IMG/VR virus record: IMGVR_UViG_3300032320_002563
Coordinates: 1-49,908 of that record
Source: a virus
Lineage: Duplodnaviria > Caudoviricetes
Reading direction: 5' to 3' (one strand)
Length of the DNA: 49,908 nt
The notes below the pieces were generated by a model. The model was not told the origin of the DNA, searched no databases, and saw only the letters and a list, made by a program, of their open reading frames with translations. This document shows, in pieces, positions 9,166-21,400 of this stretch (within the stretch, counting starts at the first letter, position 1; each line of letters starts with the position of its first letter). The translations under genes and the position numbers were made by a program.

Positions 9166-10797
9166 ATGGCAGAGAATATACAACGCAGTCGGGGTCGTCC
9201 GCAGAACTACAAGTTTGATCGTGGTGGCATGCCGGCGGAAATGGGTCCATTTATTGGCATTGTGGTCAATAATGTGGACACCACAAGACAAGGTCGTTTG
9301 CAGGTCTGGATAGCACAGTTTGGTGCTTCAAACAGAGACGGCAGTCCAAATCTAACTGATCCCACAACCTGGCGCACAGTCAGTTACTGTCCACCATTTT
9401 ATGGTGCTACCAAACAGAGCGGCAGTGCTGGTGCTGGAACCTACCCGGGCAACAGGAACAGTTATGGCATGTGGTTTACGCCTCCTGATGTTGGCACACA
9501 AGTGCTTTGCTTTTTTGTCGCCGGTGACCCGAGCCAAGGGTATTATGTGGGATGCATACCCGAAGATGGCATCAATCACATGATTCCGGCCATTGGATCC
9601 AGCGCAAGATATGTGCCCGGAAACAAAACACAAGAAAACTATTTTTCCAACACGCGATTGTTGCCGGTAACAGAAATCAACGATCTCAACAAGGGCATAA
9701 CACAAAATCCCAAATTCTACGATGCGCCCAAGCCGGTGCAGAGTGTTGTGGCTGGAATCCTGTTCCAACAAGGTTTAGATCGTGATCCTGTACGTGGTCC
9801 TATAAGAAGCAACAGCCAGCGCGAAAGCCCTAGCAACGTGTATGGTATCTCAACACCCGGCAAACCCATTTATCAAGGGGGTCTGGATCCCAAGACCATT
9901 GTCAGTCAACTTAACTCCGGCGCGGTCAAACCTCAGGACATAGCTGTAATAGGGCGCCAGGGCGGTCATACCTTTGTCATGGACGATGGCGATCTAGAAG
10001 GCACTGATACTCTTGTGCGTATAAGAACAGCCAAAGGTCATCAGATCACCATGAGCGACGACGGGGATGCGTTTTTTATCACACATGCCAATGGACAAAC
10101 CTGGATTGAACTGGGCAAGGCCGGAACGGTAGATGTGTTCAGCACGAATTCAGTGAACGTGAGAACTCAAGGAACCATAAACCTGCATGCCGATCAAAAT
10201 ATCAACATGTATGCTGGTGGCAGCATACGTATGAAAGCCAAGAATCTAATGAAGTTGGAAGGTGATTCGGGCATGACCATGTATTCAGATCAAGCCATAA
10301 CCATGTTTGGCAAGACCAGGATAGGGGTGCGCAGTGATGGTGTGTTGGCACTCAAAGGCAAGACCAGCAGTTGGGATGGTGGTGGCAGTTTAAATCTCAA
10401 AGCAAGTGTGATCAACCTCAACGGAGCAGCCACGCAACCTGTGAGCCCAGTGCAGACCATGCAAGGCTACAAGCTGGCTGACACCACATTTGTAACACAA
10501 CAAGGTTGGACGGTCCAACCTGGAACTCTAGAAACCATTGTTACCCGAGCACCTACACATGAGCCCTATCCTTATCATGGCAAAGGAGTCAATGTCCGGA
10601 CCAATCTAAATCCAGAAACAGCCACGGCAACAACGGCCACGGCAACAACAGCCACGGCCAATACTCCCAGCATCCAGGCCCAGGCACTTGATGCATATGA
10701 TCGTGCCGGTGCTACGTCTGTTCAAAACCCCGTCACAACAGAAGACTTTGTGACAGAAACTCCGGCCATACAGAGTGTGCCGCCTAATCGAGAATAA
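9166..10797 (+). CDS. gp5: Baseplate central spike protein (T4 gp5/VgrG-like OB-fold plus beta-helix)
   Basis: GIVVNNVDTTRQGRLQVWI, SYGMWFTPPDVGTQVLCFF (OB fold), VRIRTAKGHQITMSD, beta-helix repeats, APTHEPY; no T4-lysozyme domain evident inside. Confidence 0.8.
   Translation: MAENIQRSRGRPQNYKFDRGGMPAEMGPFIGIVVNNVDTTRQGRLQVWIAQFGASNRDGSPNLTDPTTWRTVSYCPPFYGATKQSGSAGAGTYPGNRNSYGMWFTPPDVGTQVLCFFVAGDPSQGYYVGCIPEDGINHMIPAIGSSARYVPGNKTQENYFSNTRLLPVTEINDLNKGITQNPKFYDAPKPVQSVVAGILFQQGLDRDPVRGPIRSNSQRESPSNVYGISTPGKPIYQGGLDPKTIVSQLNSGAVKPQDIAVIGRQGGHTFVMDDGDLEGTDTLVRIRTAKGHQITMSDDGDAFFITHANGQTWIELGKAGTVDVFSTNSVNVRTQGTINLHADQNINMYAGGSIRMKAKNLMKLEGDSGMTMYSDQAITMFGKTRIGVRSDGVLALKGKTSSWDGGGSLNLKASVINLNGAATQPVSPVQTMQGYKLADTTFVTQQGWTVQPGTLETIVTRAPTHEPYPYHGKGVNVRTNLNPETATATTATATTATANTPSIQAQALDAYDRAGATSVQNPVTTEDFVTETPAIQSVPPNRE
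10618..10659 (+). repeat. 15-bp tandem repeat (about 2.8 copies) encoding a TATAT linker in gp5
   Basis: ACAGCCACGGCAACA / ACGGCCACGGCAACA / ACAGCCACGGCC. Confidence 0.85.
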
Positions 10798-10799
10798 TC

Positions 10800-11597
10800 A
10801 TGCTGACACGAGCTCAAGTCACAGCACTCACAGCCCAGGCAAGACAAGCGGCCACGTATGAATATGCCGATGGCAATGGCAATCTCTTGCCCGACTGGTA
10901 TTTCAATGACGCAGGATTGCCTGTGTATCTAGGGCCTGAAATTGCCACTCGAGGTATAGGCTTGTATGGACAAACACCAGAAAATTTAGTTTTAACAGAA
11001 CTGTTAAAACCCGGCAGCCTGAGCCTGATAGTCAGCCCCAGCATGACCTATACAGTGCTGAATACTCCGTCTGTATGGACCGGGGCCTATAATATCAACA
11101 GCCTAGAAGAATACTTAAATGCTCCGATAATACAGAATCTCAGTCAGATTGCCTTGTATGATGGAGCCTATCAAGGCTTGATAGATGCCGGCATCATAAC
11201 TGGTCAAGAGTCAGCTAGGTTTGTGGCCACCTTTTTACAACCGTCGGTGCGTTATGGAGTTGATGCTGTGGTAGCCTGGGTGCGAGGCACTGCTTCAACA
11301 GACCTAGCCACAGCCGTACAGATCGCAGCACGACAGGGCCAATATGCTATAGATTTTGTTAACACCTATGGAGCTCAGCTAAATGTTGCTCCTGAACTGG
11401 GCGGATTTGATGATACTGTGTTGCGAGACGAAGTAGATCAAGCAGTCACAGACATAATAGGTAATCCCAAAATTCCTGTGATAGAATATGCCAATGTTAT
11501 TGCAATAGCCAATGTATCACCAGTATCTGTAACTATTGCAGGAGCCACCAACGAGGATGGAACTCTGCGTTTTGCTCCAGGTTCTTCAAGAAGTTAA
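10800..11597 (+). CDS. Baseplate-associated protein, possibly a degenerate lysozyme-like fold
   Basis: GIGLYGQTPENL...LLKPG...WTGAYNINSLEEYLN...Q...LIDAGII recalls GxY..WTG..INS...FL muramidase-like domains found near phage spikes; lies between gp5 and gp25. Confidence 0.4.
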   Translation: MLTRAQVTALTAQARQAATYEYADGNGNLLPDWYFNDAGLPVYLGPEIATRGIGLYGQTPENLVLTELLKPGSLSLIVSPSMTYTVLNTPSVWTGAYNINSLEEYLNAPIIQNLSQIALYDGAYQGLIDAGIITGQESARFVATFLQPSVRYGVDAVVAWVRGTASTDLATAVQIAARQGQYAIDFVNTYGAQLNVAPELGGFDDTVLRDEVDQAVTDIIGNPKIPVIEYANVIAIANVSPVSVTIAGATNEDGTLRFAPGSSRS

Positions 11598-11600
11598 ATA
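11595..11600 (+). promoter_or_regulatory. Putative late promoter TAAATA box
   Basis: Overlaps the TAA stop; 7 nt before ATG 11608; no SD. Confidence 0.5.
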
Positions 11601-11607
11601 ACATATC

Positions 11608-11982
11608 ATGCCAACATTTATTGGGTTTAACACACAAGATCAGTTTAAAAAATTCACCCTGCTAGATGCCGATCTGGTCAAGCGTGATTTGCTCAATGGA
11701 CTCAACATACGTCAAGGCCAATTGCCAGGCCGTCCCCAATATGGCACATCATTGTGGGACAATCTGTTTGAAAGCCAGACCAACGAAACTACCTTGGCCA
11801 TCGAACGCGAAATACAGCGTGTGGCTGGATACGATCCCCGAATACAGATCAGTGACATAGAGGTTTTCCCGCAGGAAAATGGCATCTTGATACAGATACA
11901 GTTGGCCATAGTGCCCAGCACCACTGCTCAACAACTAAGCATATTTTTTGATCAGCAACAACGTCGGGCCAGCTACGTTTAA
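11608..11982 (+). CDS. gp25: Baseplate wedge subunit gp25 (sheath initiator)
   Basis: LVKRDLLNGLNIRQGQLPGRPQYGTSLWDNLFE...YDPRI; typical size and position before gp6. Confidence 0.85.
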   Translation: MPTFIGFNTQDQFKKFTLLDADLVKRDLLNGLNIRQGQLPGRPQYGTSLWDNLFESQTNETTLAIEREIQRVAGYDPRIQISDIEVFPQENGILIQIQLAIVPSTTAQQLSIFFDQQQRRASYV

Positions 11983-12013
11983 CTACGCCGTTTTTGAAAT
12001 CCATAAATACAAG
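11978..12013 (+). promoter_or_regulatory. Putative late promoter (TAAATA box 12004-12009 plus upstream TTTAACT..GCC..TTTTG element)
   Basis: TTTAACTACGCCGTTTTTGAAATCCATAAATACAAG, collinear with 3322-3357. Confidence 0.65.
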
Positions 12014-12027
12014 AACACAGGATTATT

Positions 12028-15000
12028 ATGGCCAAGACTACAAGACAAACAGCGATATTTGGCGTAGAAGATTGGAAGCGAATCTATCAGACTTATAGAG
12101 AAGCTGACTTCCAAAGCTATGATTTTGAAACTCTACGCAAAAGTTTTGTAGACTATCTACGCCTGTACTATCCAGAAACCTTCAATGATTACATTGAAAG
12201 CAGTGAATTTATTGCCTTGCTTGATGTCATGGCATTCATGGGTCAAAGTCTGGCTTTCCGTACCGATCTCAACACCAGAGAAAACTACATTGACAGTGCC
12301 GAGCGCAGGGACAGCGTGGTTCGCCTGGCCAATTTGGTCAGCTACACACCCAAACGCAACATAGCAGCATCAGGTTATCTCAAAGTATTTTCTGTGCAAA
12401 CCACAGAAAACGTCACAGACATCAACGGCATTGACTTGGCCAATGTCACAGTCAACTGGGCAGATCCCACCAACTTTAGCTGGCAAGAGCAGTTTACAGC
12501 CATCATCAATGCGGCTCTGATCGATGCACAACGTATTGGCGTGCCAGGCGCACGGACCACTATTCTAGGCATAGACACCGCAGAATACAGCATCAATCTG
12601 GTTCCTGGTTACTTGCCAGTGGTTCCGTATACAGCCACCGTGGACGGTATCAACATGCCTTTTGAAGCAGTTACTGCCAGTACCGTGGGCAAAAGTTTTG
12701 TGTATGAACCCAGTCCCAAACCCAATGGCATATTCAACGTTTTGTTCCGCAATGATCAACTGGGTTTTGCCAGTGCCAACACTGGCTATTTCTTTTTGTT
12801 CAAACAAGGTGTGCTACAAAATCAAGACTATAATCTTGCAGATCGTGTGAGCAATCGTGCAGTTGACATCAACATTGAAGGAGTCAACAATGAGGACCGC
12901 TGGCTGTATCAGCTGGACAATGTTGGTAGCATAGCCAGCGAGTGGGAATTTGTGCCCAGTGTGTATGGTGCCGCGGCCGAGCAACTTGCTCCTGGGCAAA
13001 GAAAACTTTTCAGCACTACCAGCAGGACCAATGATCAGATCACACTGAACTTTGGTGACGGTGTATTCAGCGCCATACCAGTGGGGACTTTCCGTTGTTA
13101 TGTTCGTGCCAGCAATGGTCTACAATATATCATCAATCCTGAAGAAATGCAGGGAGTGACCATTCCTATCAGCTACGTGAGTCGCACTGGCCAATTAGAA
13201 ACCATAACCTTTACCTGTGGCATTACCACACCGGTCAGCAACGCACAACCCAGAGAAACCATAGATGAGATCAAGGCCAGAGCACCGGCCAGATACTATA
13301 CACAGAATCGCATGGTCAACGGTGAAGACTACAACAATTTCCCCTACACTGCATACAATTCTATATTAAAAAGCAAAGCAGTGAATCGCGCCAGTATTGG
13401 AATTAGCAGATATCTAGATCTGGTAGACAACACCGGCAAATACAGCAGCACAAACACGTTCAGCAGTGACGGAGCCTTGTATGAAAATTTTAGTTTGCCC
13501 ACATTTCAGTTTACCACCGTCTCCAACAACGAAATTGACAATGTGATTGTGAACCAGGTGCAACCTGTGTTGGCCCGGAGCCAATCAAAACAGTTTTATT
13601 ATGCAAAGTTTCCTCGTTCCAGTTTGACGTCATTGAACCTGACCTGGAATCTCAACACAACCCTGGCCAACACCAGCACAGGGTATTTTAAAAACAGCCT
13701 AGGTAATGCTGTGCCTATAGGTCCTACGACCAGTAACAACACACGGTATATTGTTCCGGGCAGTCTGGTCAAATTCGTACCGCCTGTGGGTTATTACTTT
13801 GATGCCAACAACCGATTGCGTGCAGGCACACCCACCAGAGCCGACGAAAAACTAGTTATCTGGGCCAGTCCCTTACAGGTATATCTAGAGGGAACGCAAG
13901 TTATAGATGGTCTAGGACCAGTGGCCATCAACAACTATGTGCCAACTGGTGCGATAGCCACCCAAGTAATACCTATCTTTGTCACGGATCTACCTGTGAG
14001 TTTTGAAACCAGCATGGCTGAACAGATCAGACTCAGAAGAAATTTTGGCATAGGATTTGACAACTTAGGAACCATAACCGGCACATCGGGCACTTGGTAT
14101 TTGATTACCAGCACAAATTTAAACATCGATGCGCCATGGAGCCAAGCACATGCCGGAGACACCTCGGGTGCCAATTTGGATGCTTCCTGGTTTGTGGAAT
14201 TTGTGTTCAATGGCAGTTTTTACACCGCCAGCTATCGTGCTCTTGATTACTATTTTGGCAGCGTGGTCCAAACAAGATTTTTCTTCTCTACCGATCAACA
14301 GGTCTACGACAGCAGGACCGGAACCACTATCAGTGATTTTGTCAACATACTCAAAACCAACAGCAGACCGGACTCGTCCTTGCCTTTGGGTTCAGACGTG
14401 ATCACAAAAATTATAGATCAACCCATACAGAGTGATGGTGTTGTGGATGATTATCAAGTGTTGGTCAGCTACGCAGACCGAGACAACGATGGTGTGCCAG
14501 ATAATCCAGACTTTTTTGAAGAAATAGTAGGACCTGTGCCAAATCCAGCTACGATCAACAGTCCCTGGGTGTTCTTGCAACGCATAGTGGATTTTGATAA
14601 TCTACAGAGATACGTGTTGATTGAACCAGGCCTGGTCAACAGCTTGTATGCTACCTTGGACGATATTGAATTGGTCAAGGGTGAGTTCGCAGCTGGTCAA
14701 GTTTTCTATGCTTATGAAACAGAATTGTTTTATATATTGTTTATAGATTTAATCACAGGAGTTAGAACTCTGCAACAGACCAATGACTATATCGCACGCA
14801 CCGGACGCCAAAGTCTGTTTTTCCAATACCGACACAACAGTCCATTGAACAACAGGATAGATCCTGGCACTACCAATATCATTGATGTATATGTGGTCAC
14901 CAATGAATATTACATTGCCTATCAAAACTATATCACAGACACCACCGGCACTGTGCCAGAACCCGAAGTGCCTACCATCGATTATCTCACTACTACCTAT

Positions 15001-15447
15001 GGTGGCTTACAAGATTACAAAATGATTTCTGATACCTTGATCATGAACAGTGTGGAATTCCAACCCTTGTTTGGTGCCAAAGCACCCGAACCACTGCGTG
15101 CTACCATTAAAGTAATCAGAGCTGCCAACAGTGTAGCCACCACCAGTGAAATAAAAAATCTTGTGGTGCAAAATCTCAACAACTATTTTACTTTGGACAT
15201 TTGGGATTTTGGAGACACTTTTTATTTTTCAGAACTGTCGGCCTACTTGCATGACAACATGGCCGGCATTATCAGCAGTGTGGTATTGGTTCCGCTAAAT
15301 CCAGAAAAATATTTTGGCGATCTCTATGAAATACGTTGCGCACCAAATCAGATCTTTGTCAATGCGGCCACAGTGGCCAATGTTGAAGTGATCGAGGCCT
15401 TGACCAGTACCAATATCAGAACTGCTCCGGGCAGTGGAGTGATTTAA
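12028..15447 (+). CDS. gp6: Baseplate wedge subunit gp6-like (large, 1139 aa)
   Basis: DFETLRKSFVDYLRLYYPETFNDY, SAERRDSVVRLANLVSYTPKR, LNFGDGVF, ETIDEIKARAP..YYTQNRMVNGEDY, C-terminal WDFGDTFYFSEL. Confidence 0.88.
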   Translation: MAKTTRQTAIFGVEDWKRIYQTYREADFQSYDFETLRKSFVDYLRLYYPETFNDYIESSEFIALLDVMAFMGQSLAFRTDLNTRENYIDSAERRDSVVRLANLVSYTPKRNIAASGYLKVFSVQTTENVTDINGIDLANVTVNWADPTNFSWQEQFTAIINAALIDAQRIGVPGARTTILGIDTAEYSINLVPGYLPVVPYTATVDGINMPFEAVTASTVGKSFVYEPSPKPNGIFNVLFRNDQLGFASANTGYFFLFKQGVLQNQDYNLADRVSNRAVDINIEGVNNEDRWLYQLDNVGSIASEWEFVPSVYGAAAEQLAPGQRKLFSTTSRTNDQITLNFGDGVFSAIPVGTFRCYVRASNGLQYIINPEEMQGVTIPISYVSRTGQLETITFTCGITTPVSNAQPRETIDEIKARAPARYYTQNRMVNGEDYNNFPYTAYNSILKSKAVNRASIGISRYLDLVDNTGKYSSTNTFSSDGALYENFSLPTFQFTTVSNNEIDNVIVNQVQPVLARSQSKQFYYAKFPRSSLTSLNLTWNLNTTLANTSTGYFKNSLGNAVPIGPTTSNNTRYIVPGSLVKFVPPVGYYFDANNRLRAGTPTRADEKLVIWASPLQVYLEGTQVIDGLGPVAINNYVPTGAIATQVIPIFVTDLPVSFETSMAEQIRLRRNFGIGFDNLGTITGTSGTWYLITSTNLNIDAPWSQAHAGDTSGANLDASWFVEFVFNGSFYTASYRALDYYFGSVVQTRFFFSTDQQVYDSRTGTTISDFVNILKTNSRPDSSLPLGSDVITKIIDQPIQSDGVVDDYQVLVSYADRDNDGVPDNPDFFEEIVGPVPNPATINSPWVFLQRIVDFDNLQRYVLIEPGLVNSLYATLDDIELVKGEFAAGQVFYAYETELFYILFIDLITGVRTLQQTNDYIARTGRQSLFFQYRHNSPLNNRIDPGTTNIIDVYVVTNEYYIAYQNYITDTTGTVPEPEVPTIDYLTTTYGGLQDYKMISDTLIMNSVEFQPLFGAKAPEPLRATIKVIRAANSVATTSEIKNLVVQNLNNYFTLDIWDFGDTFYFSELSAYLHDNMAGIISSVVLVPLNPEKYFGDLYEIRCAPNQIFVNAATVANVEVIEALTSTNIRTAPGSGVI

Positions 15448-18400
15448 TGGCTCGCACCAGATCAGTAGACTTCTTACCAGAGATTTTCCAAACCAGCACC
15501 AATCGCCAGGTCTTGTCGGCCACGCTGGATCAGCTGGTCCAAGAACCCAAATTCAAGCGCATCCAAGGTTATGTGGGCAGGAGAATAGGACCTGGAGTCA
15601 ATCCCAATGACAAATATGTGGCCGAACAAACAGACACCCGTGCAAACTATCAACTTGAACCAGGAGTGATTGTAAGGGATCCGGCTCAGCCCAATAAAAT
15701 ACAGGACGCCATAACCTATCCTGGCATCACAGATGCATTGAATCTACAAGGAGCCATAACCAATCAGGACGATCGTCTTTACACCAGCGAATACTATGCC
15801 TGGGATCCCTTTGTAGACTTTGACAAGTTTATCAACTACAGCCAGTATTACTGGTTGCCGGCCGGTCCTGAAGTTGTGGATGTGTTCAGTGGTTCAGTGC
15901 CACTGACTGACAATTTTGTGGTCACTAGAGAAAATGGAGTGTACACATTTTCTGGAGTGGCTGGCAACAATCCTTCATTGACTCTAGTTCGTAGTGGAAG
16001 TTATACCTTTGAAGTAGCGCAGAACGCCAAGGAAACAGTGAATTTCCGTGTGAGCAATCAAGGCACCAGTGCCTGGGTGATTGACTATGTCACAAATCCT
16101 ACCTTGACCTTGGTGCGTGGCAACACCTATATTTTTGAGATTGTGCCCACAGCTCCGCTGGGATTCTATATCAAAACACAACAGACTTTGGGTATCAACA
16201 ATCTGTTCACCCAAGGAGTAACCAACAATGGAGCCAGCACTGGCACAATAACATTTGTGGTTCCACAGAATGCGCCAGATACACTGTATTACAACAACTC
16301 CACACAACCAAACATGCAAGGAGTGATCAACATTGTGGATGCCACTCCTGGCACAGGTCCGGGTTTTTGGATACAGACTGATCCTGGAGTCAATGGACGC
16401 ATACCCAGCACACCCAATATCAGCAGCCGACTCAGTGAAGTCAACGGTGTGACCAACAATGGCGAAGATCTTGGAACCATAACCTTTGATGTGCCGTTGA
16501 GCACGGCACAAGATTTTTACTATGCATTGACTCCCATAGCCTTTAATGGTGGTGCTGTGGATCTGTTGGCCACTGATGTAAAATTTAATCAACTCAACAA
16601 TATTTTTGTTGACCAATTCCTGGCGCAATATCCTCAGGGAATAGATGGCATAACAAACCTCAATGGTCGTACCATAGTGTTCACGGAACCTGAAACCGAT
16701 CCTGAAACTGGTGGATGGTTGATCAACAGCCAGTATGATCCATTGCCCGAGCTTGCTACCGACAATGGGTTACCTGGCAGTTACGATAGCATATCATTTG
16801 ATCAAACCACACCCATAGTTGATGTGGCTATACAGCGTAGTGTGTGGCAGATACAGTATGTGACTGCCGTGGGCGGCGGACAATACATGCAACTTACCAG
16901 TGTGTATGAGATTCCTGATCTCTACAAGTTTGTCATACAATTTGGTTCTCAATGGAGCAATACTGGTTGGTACAAGGACGCCGATGGTGCATTTGATCAG
17001 ATACCGTTATTGACTGCCACTAGAAATCTGCTGTTCTATCAAGACGGAACAGATCCAGAAATTTTTGGTCGTATCAAGATCATCGATGCTGATCAAGCCA
17101 GCACCTTGGATATTGCCGACATTATAGGACAAAAATACTATACTAGTCCCAATGGTGTAGTCTTTACCAATGGACTCAAAGTGCAGTTCTTGGGAGAAGT
17201 GACACCAACAAGTTATCAAAACAACAGTTACTATGTAGAAGGTGTGGGCACAGCCATACAACTATTGCCGGTTTCGAGTTTTATAACCCCTGAAACCTAT
17301 ACACAAAGTGCTTCAGTGCCTTATGATTCAACTCCCTACGATGTGGGAAATTATGACGCCAGTCTTAATCAGCCCTTGATACCCGACTATATCACAATGA
17401 ATCGAGCCAGTCCAGACCTCAATGCCTGGAGTCGTAGCAATCGTTGGTTCCATGTCAGCGTTATCGAGCAATCAGCCAAATACAACAACACAGTGCCTGT
17501 GGTAGACAATCTTGCTCGTGGTCGTAGACCCATACTGGAATTCAGAGCAGGCACTAGATTGTATGATTTTGGAACAGCCGGCAAACAACCAGTTGATATC
17601 ATTGATTTTGCTGCCACAGATGCACTGAGCACCGTCAACGGAAGTACTGGTTATGGCGTAGACGGATACAATTTTATCACAGGCACCCGAGTAATATTTG
17701 CCAACGACTCAAATCCAGAGGTTCGTAACAAAATCTACACAGTGGAATTTATCACGCCTGACACTGTGCCGCCTTTGATTGCCGAGCCCATAATCAATTT
17801 GACTCCAGCCGTTGATGGCAATGCATTATTAAACAACACTGTGGTAGTGATCAGTGGTCTAACACAACAAGGAAAGAGTTTTTGGTTTGACGGAGTGGAT
17901 TGGATTCCAGCACAACAAAAAACGGCTGTAAATCAACCACCTCTTTTTGATGTGTATGATCAAGATGGATTTAGTTTTTCAAACAAGATCAAATATCCCA
18001 GCAGCAATTTTGAAGGCAGTAAATTGTTTTCCTACGCTCAGGCCAGCGGAGGCAATGATCCGGTGTTGGGATTTCCGTTGCGTTATTTGAGCTTGACCAA
18101 TATTGGTGATATTGTATTTGACAACAATCTTTACACCGACACATTCATCTATACCAAAGACAGTGTCAGCTATACCAAATCTGTCAGTGATGGTTTCGTG
18201 CGTCAATACAGCAATCGTGTGGATTACCAACGTGAACTAGGGTGGCAAACAGCCGCAGTTCCTAGCCGAAGCCGACAACAATTCCAATTCAGCTATGACG
18301 GAAGACCTTTGCAACTTGATGTGGCGGTGTTGCCCGACGCTGTTGTGCCCAGTGTGCAGTTATATGTAGGTAGCCAGTTCCAAGAACCCTACAAATATAC

Positions 18401-21400
18401 TGTGGCAACCACAGCCGACAGTACCACCATTACCTTTTTGCAGACCACTTACAACGACGGAACAGCCTTTGCCGACGGCGACCTAATTGAAGTCAGTGTG
18501 CTCAGTGATCAAGCCAGCAAAGTGGCGTTTTATCAAGTTCCTATCAATCTTGAAAACAATCCCTTAAACGTCAACAGCCCTTATTTCACATTGGGAACAG
18601 CACGCACACACTATGAATCCATCTGCCAAAACTTGTTGGATCTAGTGGGTCCGATCAACGGCAACAACAACTCACGAGACCTAGGCGATATCATACCTTA
18701 CGGTACCAATATTATACAAAACAGTAGTCCCATGACCTTGGCTGGTTACTTTATGCGATCAGCCCAATACAATATTTTTAATTCTTTGGCCTACAACAGC
18801 CGCGAGTATGAGCAATATAAAACACAGTTTTTGAATGCAGCTGTGACCAATGACTACACCAATTACACCATACCAGACATGGTCACAGCCATTGTCACCG
18901 GCTTGGTGGCCGGACGCACACAACTGAGTCCTTTCTACTGGACAGACATGTTGCCAGCCAACGCTGTTTATACTGAACAAACAGTGACATATTCGCCCAT
19001 ATCTACACCTGTATTCAACCTCAACACAACTTACAATTTTACCAGCAGCAACTATCAGAGTGTGTTGGTCTATGTAAATGATGTGATCTTGCAGGCAGGC
19101 TATGACTATGTGGTCAGCACCGATGGTCCTACGCTGACCATTACCATTCCTCTTAGCGTAGGAGATGTGATCGTCATACAAGAATATGCCACGACCTATG
19201 GTACTTTTGTGCCCAACACCCCAACAAAATTAGGACTGTATCCAGCGTTCCAGCCCAGAATTTATCTAGATGCAACTTATACCAACCCTACCTTGATCAT
19301 ACAAGGGCACGACGGCAGCAAAACTGTTGCCTTTGGCGATTTCCGAGATCAACTGTTGCTGGAATTTGAAACCAGGATCTTCAACAATCTCAAGATCAAA
19401 TCACCAGTTCCACTCAGCATAGTTGATGTGGTTCCTGGGCAGTTTAGGACCACTGATTACAGCCTCAGCGATGTCAATCAGATCCTGGCACCCAGTTTCT
19501 TGAGCTGGGTTGGCTGGAACAAGCTGGCCTATACCGCACAAGATTACAATGCTGCCAATCAATTTACCTGGAACTACAGCGCCAGTGGCAACAGGATCAG
19601 CTCATCCAGTGCTTCCACAGAAACACCTTTACCGGTAGGAGCCTGGCGTGGTATCTATCAATATTTCTACGATACTCCTACACCACACACCACACCGTGG
19701 GAGATGTTGGGTTTCAGCGAAAAACCCACCTGGTGGGAAGAGCAATATGGTCCAGCACCTTATACTTCGGGCAACTTGGTTCTGTGGGATGATCTAGCAG
19801 TAGGCCGAGTGGCAGATCCTGCAGGCGAATACTTCAAACCTCGCTATGCCAGACCCGGACTGCAACAAGTTATTCCTGTCAACAGCGAAGGACAACTGCT
19901 GAGTCCATTCTTCAGTGTGGTTGGCTTGTATGACTCAAGCCAATTCCAGAAGAGTTGGGTGTTTGGCGACGAAGGACCAGTGGAGTATTCCTGGAGAAGC
20001 AGTTCCAGTTATCCATTTGCGGTCATGCGCTTGTTGGCCTTGACCCGCCCAGCAGAATTTTTCAGCCTGTTTGCCGACAGAGATCTTTACAAATATGATG
20101 CAGATCTAGGACAGTATCTTTACAACCAACGTTATAGGTTAGATGCCAATGGCGTAGAAATCTATGGCAACGGAACCAGCAAGGCCAGTTACATAGACTG
20201 GATCGTTGATTACAATCAACAACTTGGACAGGATTCTACGGTCAAGCTAACAGAAGATCTATCCTTGCTTGATGTAAGACTGTGCTACAGGATGGGTGCA
20301 TTCACAGACAAACAATATCTCAAGATATTCACCGAACGAAGCAGTCCTGAAAGTTTGAACAGTAGTCTGTTGTTGCCAGACGAAAGTTACAATCTCCTGG
20401 TGTACAAAAATCAACCTTTTGATCGGGTGGTCTATAGTTCAGTCATAGTGCAAGTGGTCGAGGATGGATGGGCAGTGTTTGGTTACAGCATAACCAATCC
20501 ATACTTTGAAATCTTGGCCAGTCGTACCGCAGGGTCAACGAAAATCATATCTGCCGGAGGCACCACAGTGCAGGTGCCCAGCACCTACTATCAAGACGTG
20601 GTGCAGATACCTTATGGATATGTGTTTACCAATCCCACAGTGGTCTGTGATTTCTTGCTCAGCTACGGTGCCCTGCTGGAAAGTCAAGGCATAGTTTTCG
20701 ACGATCGTGAAAATGGCTATGCTCTTGATTGGAACCAGATGGCCCAAGAATTTTTATACTGGACCAATCAGGGCTGGGCAGTAGGCAGTGTGATCAATCT
20801 AAATCCCACAGCCACTAGTTTGACGGCTGTCAAGGCCGAAGCAGTGATAGATTCTATAGTGGCACAAACTCCTGAAAATTTAATTCTTGATCAAAACAGG
20901 ACAACTATACCCACACGCGATCTAGTGGTAGACCGTTTTGAAAATATTTTCAAAGTCAATAGCCTCAGCGCACAAACCATAAGTTACATAGACCTGCGCT
21001 ATACCAGCTATGAAAGCATGGTAGTCTTGGACAATGTGAGTGTGTTCAATGACTTGATCTACGATCCAGCCACTGGTGCAAGACAAAGTCGTGTCAATGT
21101 GGTGGCCACAGTCAGTGCCGATTGGAACGGGCAACTAGACGCACAAGGCTTTATCTACAACAATGATGCCACGGTTCAACAATGGCAACCTTTTAAGAAA
21201 TATACCAAAGGCGAGATTGTTCTTTACAAAAACAGTTACTATTCTGCATTGAACATTGTCCAACCGGCTGCTGAATTCCGCCGCAGTGATTGGACGCAAA
21301 GTGATTATACCAAGATACAACGTGGCATGTTGCAGAACATAGCCAATCAGGCCGACCAGTTGGCCACAACCTATGCTGTGAATCAGGCCAATTTGGAAAT

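Noticed and set aside
10618-10659. Tandem repeat as CRISPR-like or phase-variation element
   Set aside because: In-frame 15-bp unit without spacers; encodes a Thr/Ala linker
11561-11574. AACTCTGCGTTTTG resembling the upstream promoter element before the 11595 box
   Set aside because: Spacing is 11 nt longer than at the two good sites, the match is weaker and it lies in coding sequence
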